From Candidatus Bathyarchaeota archaeon (lineage in GTDB: Archaea; Thermoproteota; Bathyarchaeia; 40CM-2-53-6): DNA of 64,000 nucleotides. Made by a program: the position numbers and the translations under genes. The notes below the pieces were generated by a model that ran no database searches, was not told the DNA's origin, and saw only the letters and a list, made by a program, of their open reading frames with translations. Location: the NCBI GenBank assembly GCA_963726255.1, contig CAVSBL010000002.1:1216001-1280000 (forward strand). The letters run 5' to 3'. The stretch's first letter is position 1. Each line of letters starts with the position of its first letter. Positions 58,479-64,000 of the stretch are shown in pieces.

Positions 58479-58619
58479 TTGGCCTCAACCGAGAGTAAGC
58501 GCCATCTCCCGCATTTGACGGATGATTTTGTCTCCCGTCGATTTGACAGAACCCGCATTAGCAAAGTTTATGTTGAATGCGCCTCGCTGTGTGCTCAGTT
58601 TCAACTAAGGTGGCTACGT

Positions 58620-58871
58620 TTGGGGAAGGTACGCACCGACACTGTGAAGCGAGTTTCGAGAGAGGTACTTAGAAGGTTCCCTGAACGTTTCGCCGGCGAC
58701 TGGGAATCGGACAAGCAGGCCGTCAACGACCTAGTCTCGACACAGTCCAAAAGGTTGCGTAACAGAATAGCGGGCTACGTCACTAGGCTAAAGGTTGTGG
58801 AAGCGGAACGCGCAGCCGCTACTGAGGTTGCTGCTGAGGCTCCTGAAGCAGAGGAACCCAGCGAAGAGTGA
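58620..58871 (+). CDS. rps17e: 30S ribosomal protein S17e
   Basis: MGKVRT..VKR...SKRLRNRIAGYVT; TTG start. Confidence 0.95.
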   Translation: MGKVRTDTVKRVSREVLRRFPERFAGDWESDKQAVNDLVSTQSKRLRNRIAGYVTRLKVVEAERAAATEVAAEAPEAEEPSEE

Positions 58872-58997
58872 AGCGTTCCTCTGTAGTCTAGTTCTTTGCG
58901 GGAAACACTAAAAGGGCAGTCCATGCTCTCCCGAACGAAAATTCGAACTGCGCCGTAATAGGCGTGGACAAAACTCGCTGGAAAGGGTTGAGACATA

Positions 58998-60905
58998 TTG
59001 CACATCGTAGTCTGTGTGAAGCATGTACCCGATGCTACGGACATTCGTTTTGACCCAATTACGCTTAACCTGATCCGTGAGGGTGTCCCTTCAATCGTTA
59101 ATCCCTTCTGCCTCAATGCCATCGAAGAAGCAATTCGGCTAAGGGAAAAGTTTGGGGGCAAAATCACCGCGGTATCCATGGGGCCGCTACAAGCGCAGGA
59201 AGGCTTACGCGAAGCCCTCGCCATGGGTGCTGATCGCGCAGTGATGGTTTCGGATAGGGAGATGGCGGGCGCAGACACCTTGGCGACCTCCTATACGCTC
59301 TGGAGAAGCATTGCAACGATAGCGGAAACTGAGCCCTTTGACCTAATCCTAAGTGGAAAGGTCGCCATCGATGGCGAAACAGGCCAAGTTCCACCAGGCC
59401 TTGCTGTAAGATTCAACATTCCCATCATTTCGAACGTCACGAAAATAGACCAAGTCGACATCAAATCCCGAACGATAGTTGCAAAGCATAGGTTCGACGA
59501 CGGTATTGAGACTGTTCAGGCAAGATTCCCGGCCGTTCTCACGATTACTGAAGAAGCAAACAAGCCAAGGAAATTCACGATTGAAGGCATGCTGAACGCG
59601 AAGAGAGCAAGAATCGAAATTTGGGATAAGCAGGCGATAAATGCTGATCCCAATCTTTTGGGCCTCAAGGGTTCTCCTACCATCGTGAAGAAAGTCTTCC
59701 CACCTCCCGGACGGAAACAGGGGGAGGTTTTCGATGGGACTAGGGACCCGCACGCCGCGGTGAAATGGTTAGTTCAGAACCTCTTCCAAGTTCATGCTTT
59801 CGGGCCAGCGCCTCCAAAGGCCGCCGAAGCGTTGCCGAAGTCCCCGAACGAGAAGGCGGCGATTGAAGACGCGGGAAAGTACGGGGAGGTTTGGGTTTTC
59901 GTTGAACATTTTCACGGAAAACCGGCAGCAGTCTCATGGGAACTCTTGGGGGAGGGAAGACGGCTCGCAGGGATCTACGGAACTAAGCTCGGGGCACTGA
60001 TAATTGGAAACCGCGTGGATCACCTAGCGAAGGAATCATTTGTTCACGGCGCCGACAGGGCCTATCTGGTTGAAGATGAACGGCTTGAGAATTATCGCAC
60101 GCAACCGTACGCTGTTGCCATGGAAGAAGCCGTGAGGAAATTCAAGCCCGAGGCCCTGCTAGTAGGCGGAACCATTAGGGGCCGAGACTTAGCGGGCTCG
60201 GCAGCGACCTTTCTGGAAACAGGCCTAATTGCGGATTGTACCGCTTTGGACGTTGATATGGAAACTGGCACGTTCATGGGCACGAGGCCTGACTACGGCG
60301 GCAACCTGATGTCCACCATAATCTGCCCCAAGAATAGGCCTACGATGGCCAGTGTCCGCCCACGTGTAATGAAGAGCGTACCACCAGAGCAGAATAGGGA
60401 CGGCGAGATAGCCCATGTTGACTTGAACCTCAAAGACACTGACGTAAACACGGACATCTTGGAGTTCGCCCCGATCGAGAAAGTAGACGTCCGCCTAGAA
60501 GATGCTCAGGTTATCGTCTCTGGGGGAAGAGGGCTGGGGGCAGGTAAGAACTTCCAATTAATCGAGGAACTCGCAAAGACTCTCCAAGCCCAAGTCGGAG
60601 CCTCAAGGGCAGCAGTACGGGCTGGTTGGATAAGCCCAGAGCACCAAGTTGGCCAAACAGGGTTCACGGTCAGACCACGGTTGTACATCGCAGTTGGCAT
60701 TTCAGGAGCCATCCAACACATTGTAGGCATAATGAACGCGGACTACATCGTCGCGATAAACCGAGACCCCGAAGCACCCATCTTCAAGATGGCGAATTTC
60801 GGCATCGTTGGCGACCTGTTCAAGGTAGTCCCAGCCTTGATTGAAGAGCTGAAGAATGTACACCTAGCTGAGTTAGCACCATGGCAGAGAAGTTCGACTC
60901 GGTAG
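58998..60905 (+). CDS. Fused ETF beta-alpha (FixA-FixB)
   Basis: Beta motifs CVKHVPD, GADTLATS, DGETGQV, GSPT; alpha motifs GLIADCT, SGGRG, QVGQTG, GISGAIQH. Confidence 0.92.
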   Translation: MHIVVCVKHVPDATDIRFDPITLNLIREGVPSIVNPFCLNAIEEAIRLREKFGGKITAVSMGPLQAQEGLREALAMGADRAVMVSDREMAGADTLATSYTLWRSIATIAETEPFDLILSGKVAIDGETGQVPPGLAVRFNIPIISNVTKIDQVDIKSRTIVAKHRFDDGIETVQARFPAVLTITEEANKPRKFTIEGMLNAKRARIEIWDKQAINADPNLLGLKGSPTIVKKVFPPPGRKQGEVFDGTRDPHAAVKWLVQNLFQVHAFGPAPPKAAEALPKSPNEKAAIEDAGKYGEVWVFVEHFHGKPAAVSWELLGEGRRLAGIYGTKLGALIIGNRVDHLAKESFVHGADRAYLVEDERLENYRTQPYAVAMEEAVRKFKPEALLVGGTIRGRDLAGSAATFLETGLIADCTALDVDMETGTFMGTRPDYGGNLMSTIICPKNRPTMASVRPRVMKSVPPEQNRDGEIAHVDLNLKDTDVNTDILEFAPIEKVDVRLEDAQVIVSGGRGLGAGKNFQLIEELAKTLQAQVGASRAAVRAGWISPEHQVGQTGFTVRPRLYIAVGISGAIQHIVGIMNADYIVAINRDPEAPIFKMANFGIVGDLFKVVPALIEELKNVHLAELAPWQRSSTR

Positions 60906-62161
60906 TCGTAGGCGCAGGCCCTGCTGGAATCGCGGCAGCATACACGATGGCCAAAGCCGGGTTGAACGTTCTCGTTCTCGAAAAGGGTGAGAAACCTGGC
61001 GCCAAAAACATGTTTGGCGGAATTATCTTCAGACATCACACTGAGAAGCTGGCCCCGGAATTCTGGAAGACAGCACCGGTCGAGCGGCACGTGGTCGAAT
61101 ACCAATACTGGTTTCTATCAAAGGATTCGCACCTACTTCTAAGCCACAGGAACCAAAAGTTCAACAGCCAATACAATGCCTTCACGGTCCACCGTGCAAA
61201 GTTTGACCCCTGGTTCGCGAAACTAGCAGAGGACGCGGGAGCAGTCATCATCAACAGGACCACTGTAGACGACGTTCTGAAGGAAAATGGAAAAATCATC
61301 GGCGTCAAGACCGAACGCGGAGACATTCTAGCGGACGTTGTAATTGCGGCCGACGGCGTCAATTCGATGCTTTCCAAACAGGCGGGCCTAAGGGAAGAAC
61401 TACCTCAGGATGCCGTGGTTTTGGCCCTGAAAGAGGTCATCGCTGTTCCGAAACAAAAGATCGAGGAACGCTTCAACCTCGGACCGGATGAGGGCATCGC
61501 AGCGTTACTTGTCGGCTGGGGGCCCGGAATGCATGCAGGGTTCATGTACACTAACCGAGACACAATCTCACTTGGCATAGCCATCAGCTTGCGTGACCTG
61601 GACAAGAGCAAGCAACGCCCGAACGTTTTGTTTGAACAATTCAAGAGTCACCCATCAATAGCCCCGCTAATCAAAGATGGGGAACTGAAAGAATACTCAG
61701 CCCACTTAATCCCCGAAGGCGGATACGATTACGTAGCCAACACCTACACGGACGGCATGCTCGTCGTGGGCGACGCTGCGATGTTAGTCAACGCCGTCAA
61801 CTGGGAAGGCACAAACCTAGCCATGACTTCTGGAATCATTGCAGGAGAAACCGTCATAGAAGCCAAGAAGAAAAACGACTTCTCATCGAGAACACTCGCC
61901 AAGTACAGGGAACGTTTGGAAGAAAGCTTCGTTCTGAGGGATTTGAAGAAATATCGGGGGATCCCGAAGTTCTTCTCGTCCAACCCCGAGTTCTTCACGT
62001 TATATCCGGATACGCTCAACGAACTGTTCTACATGTGGCACGTGGTCGACGACGAGTTTAAGGCGGATAGGATCAAACGGATGAAGGCTACGCTCTTCAA
62101 ACGGCGTTCAAGAGTCGCCCTCGTGAGAGATTTCTACCACCTGTGGAGGTTGTTCTCATGA
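60881..62161 (+). CDS. fixC: FixC-like ETF:quinone oxidoreductase flavoprotein
   Basis: VGAGPAG, GAKNMFGG, ADGVNS, EYSAHLIPEGG, GDAA. Confidence 0.88.
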   Translation: MAEKFDSVVVGAGPAGIAAAYTMAKAGLNVLVLEKGEKPGAKNMFGGIIFRHHTEKLAPEFWKTAPVERHVVEYQYWFLSKDSHLLLSHRNQKFNSQYNAFTVHRAKFDPWFAKLAEDAGAVIINRTTVDDVLKENGKIIGVKTERGDILADVVIAADGVNSMLSKQAGLREELPQDAVVLALKEVIAVPKQKIEERFNLGPDEGIAALLVGWGPGMHAGFMYTNRDTISLGIAISLRDLDKSKQRPNVLFEQFKSHPSIAPLIKDGELKEYSAHLIPEGGYDYVANTYTDGMLVVGDAAMLVNAVNWEGTNLAMTSGIIAGETVIEAKKKNDFSSRTLAKYRERLEESFVLRDLKKYRGIPKFFSSNPEFFTLYPDTLNELFYMWHVVDDEFKADRIKRMKATLFKRRSRVALVRDFYHLWRLFS

Positions 62162-62442
62162 CACAGCGTGTCTTGGCGATCGAGGACAAGCTGTACAGAA
62201 ACCGGTACAAGGTTGACGAGGAGTCGCACCTGTGGATCAAGGACGCTAAAATGTGCCTACGGTGCCCCTTCGACTTCGCATGCATCAGGGTCTGTCCCAC
62301 TGACGTCTACAAGTGGGAAGAAAGCAAGATCACAATCACCTACGACGCCTGCGTAGAATGCGGGGCATGTAGAATTGCATGCTACGACATCGGTTGGAAG
62401 AACCCCAAAGGCGGGTTTGGAATCTCCTACAAATACGGCTGA
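62158..62442 (+). CDS. fixX: FixX-like ferredoxin
   Basis: C..CP..C..VCP, CVECGACRIAC, W.NP.GGFGI.YK.G; ATGA overlap with fixC. Confidence 0.88.
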   Translation: MTQRVLAIEDKLYRNRYKVDEESHLWIKDAKMCLRCPFDFACIRVCPTDVYKWEESKITITYDACVECGACRIACYDIGWKNPKGGFGISYKYG

Positions 62443-62454
62443 TATTCAGTCCCG

Positions 62455-63516
62455 CTACAGCTTGACCGATTCGTAAGTTACTTGCAGGATTCCGTTTTGG
62501 CCGCCCCAATGGAACCGGGGCACGTGCCTCCTGAACCTCTTGAAGCGTTGACTAAGCGCGTGGGTGACTATCGGAAGAGCTATGGTCGCATCGGTGAAGC
62601 ACTGAACCATCCGGGAATGCCGGTTGTACTTACCCCAGCTCTGCGCTTCCTCGAAGGTTGACCCACTCAGCCCGCCCCATTGCGGAATGTCGGTCGTGAA
62701 TTGAATTGCAAAATCGTGTGTTCGGTCGTGGCGTGTTTGGTAGCTGGCGATCACAGCAGTTTGTTGTATGAAGTTCTTCGGAACCCCACCGCCCACAATA
62801 ATTACAGCTGTGTGGCTTGACCTCTCCGTGATCTTAGAACTCTCATCAACATCACGCATGTGGTCCACTATGATGTGGCGTTTGCCCCTTCTGTTTGCGA
62901 ACATGAGCGAGAAGCCCAAGCCGCTGTCGCACATCGCCGGGACGAATATTGGAACACCCATTTCATATGCCGCCACGCAAATTCCATCCCTACCTTTTGC
63001 CCATTGGGAGACCCATTTCCCGAACTCATGCATAACCTCCCGGGAGGAATACGGCCTTCCAGATTGGAGGCGTGAAGAGAAGTCTTTCTCAATCATTACA
63101 TCCAGGTGGTAGAATTTTCGTTCATCAGCATACACGTCATACATCCTGTCGATTCTTTGACGCCTGAGCATCACGTTGTCTATCTGGTCCGTTCCCTGGA
63201 AGTGTTTGCCGCCGATGGTTTCGTATGCATCATGGTAGAGTGTCGCGCCTGTGGTTACGAGTACGTCAACCATCCTGCGCCGTATGAGGTAGGTGATTAG
63301 TTCACGCATTCCTGCGGGAACCATGGCGCCCGCAAGTCCCATCCATATTACTATTTCGCGTTTCTTGAGCATCCCCGTCCAGGCGTCCGCGGCTTCACCT
63401 AGTTTACGCCCCTGAAATCCTGTGAGCGCCATGTCTCCAAGTAATTCACTGATAGTCTTCTCTGCTTGTACTTCGACGGGACGCGTTGGATGCCGTAGAA
63501 TTTGATGTCGCTGCAA
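62455..63516 (-). CDS. Deoxyhypusine synthase family
   Basis: TGFQG, AGAMV.AG, GGGVPKNF, GGLSGST.EEA.SWGK, DATI. Confidence 0.9.
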   Translation of the reverse strand: MQRHQILRHPTRPVEVQAEKTISELLGDMALTGFQGRKLGEAADAWTGMLKKREIVIWMGLAGAMVPAGMRELITYLIRRRMVDVLVTTGATLYHDAYETIGGKHFQGTDQIDNVMLRRQRIDRMYDVYADERKFYHLDVMIEKDFSSRLQSGRPYSSREVMHEFGKWVSQWAKGRDGICVAAYEMGVPIFVPAMCDSGLGFSLMFANRRGKRHIIVDHMRDVDESSKITERSSHTAVIIVGGGVPKNFIQQTAVIASYQTRHDRTHDFAIQFTTDIPQWGGLSGSTFEEAQSWGKYNRHSRMVQCFTDATIALPIVTHALSQRFKRFRRHVPRFHWGGQNGILQVTYESVKL

Positions 63517-63585
63517 TCTTGTCGCCCCACTAATCCATTCTCATCTCAAATAAAACCTGCGAAATGAGAAAAATTAGAATTTGAA

Positions 63586-63795
63586 CTATGCTTCTCCGAG
63601 AATTTCGGCAATCAACTTAGCCTCGGCAGCACCTTTCTTGGTCTCTTTGTAATGCTTCCAATTTTTTTCGAACCTATTTATGATCGCAAGTACGTCGGGT
63701 AATGGCACCCAATCAGAGGTTATCGGGTACACTTTCTCAGCTACCGGAGATTTGCCTAATGCCTCGACTTCGTGCTTCATTTGCTGCAGATTCAT
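63586..63795 (-). CDS. Small hypothetical protein
   Basis: Compact ORF with GGAGG upstream, co-oriented with its neighbours. Confidence 0.5.
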   Translation of the reverse strand: MNLQQMKHEVEALGKSPVAEKVYPITSDWVPLPDVLAIINRFEKNWKHYKETKKGAAEAKLIAEILGEA

Positions 63796-63865
63796 GGCCT
63801 CGACATCCAAGCCTCCATATGCGTCCCGATTCGCAATTTATCTTATTCGAATCAAGAGAATCCCG

Positions 63866-64000
63866 TTACTTCAGCGCTTTCAGGGCCTTTGAAAACAGTT
63901 GATTGTCCTCGCCGTTTGCTTCAATGATTGTGACTTTCATCTTTCCTTTGAACTTGGCCTTTATCGCTCGCGCAATCTTGGCTTGCCATGCCTCCTCCAC
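63866..64000 (-). CDS. 3' end of a gene truncated by the window edge
   Basis: Open frame ...VEEAWQAKIARAIKAKFKGKMKVTIIEANGEDNQLFSKALKALK*. Confidence 0.5.
   Translation of the reverse strand: MEEAWQAKIARAIKAKFKGKMKVTIIEANGEDNQLFSKALKALK

Larger units (their letters stand above)
53861..58553. mobile_element. Intact-looking 4,693-bp IS6-family cargo transposon
   Basis: TIRs 53861-53913 and 58501-58553 (first 12 nt GGTTCTGTCAAA identical, about 38/53 overall); perfect TSD CGCATTAG at 53853-53860 and 58554-58561. Confidence 0.9.

Noticed and set aside
58479-58619. N-terminal extension of S17e
   Set aside because: It runs through the transposon TIR and the promoter; family similarity starts at 58620.
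1-64000. CRISPR array
   Set aside because: No regularly spaced identical repeats with spacers; the repeats found are att-like or TIR-like.

Overview
Archaeal chromosomal window, most consistent with TACK/Bathyarchaeia (inferred from an archaeal histone, rps17e, a PAC2 chaperone, DUF2153, BHB-intron tRNAs and GGTGA-type RBSs). Most of it is housekeeping or metabolic: peptidase, DDAH, Pat-like ACD-GNAT fusion, E1a/E1b/E2 dehydrogenase complex, ThyX, Lhr helicase, ABC and ECF transporters, Ada, FixABCX and DHS. Two accessory regions stand out. (1) At ~51.85-58.56 kb there is a head-to-tail stack of IS6-family (SWIM-DDE) elements. Every right end is followed by CGCAT(T/A), just upstream of the rps17e promoter. 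The stack includes an apparently intact 4,693-bp cargo transposon (53861-58553) with ~53-bp two-subsite TIRs, a perfect 8-bp TSD (CGCATTAG), a central transposase, and TA-like and membrane cargo. (2) At ~32.2-34.4 kb there is a tRNA-Ser(GCT) with three BHB introns. Its T-loop intron interrupts a 24-25-nt sequence that is repeated twice downstream in intron-less form, each copy at the end of a conserved ~140-bp int(N)-like unit. Several micro-ORFs missing from the ORF track were also found. No CRISPR array or rRNA was seen. All family calls come from motif recognition by eye, not database searches.
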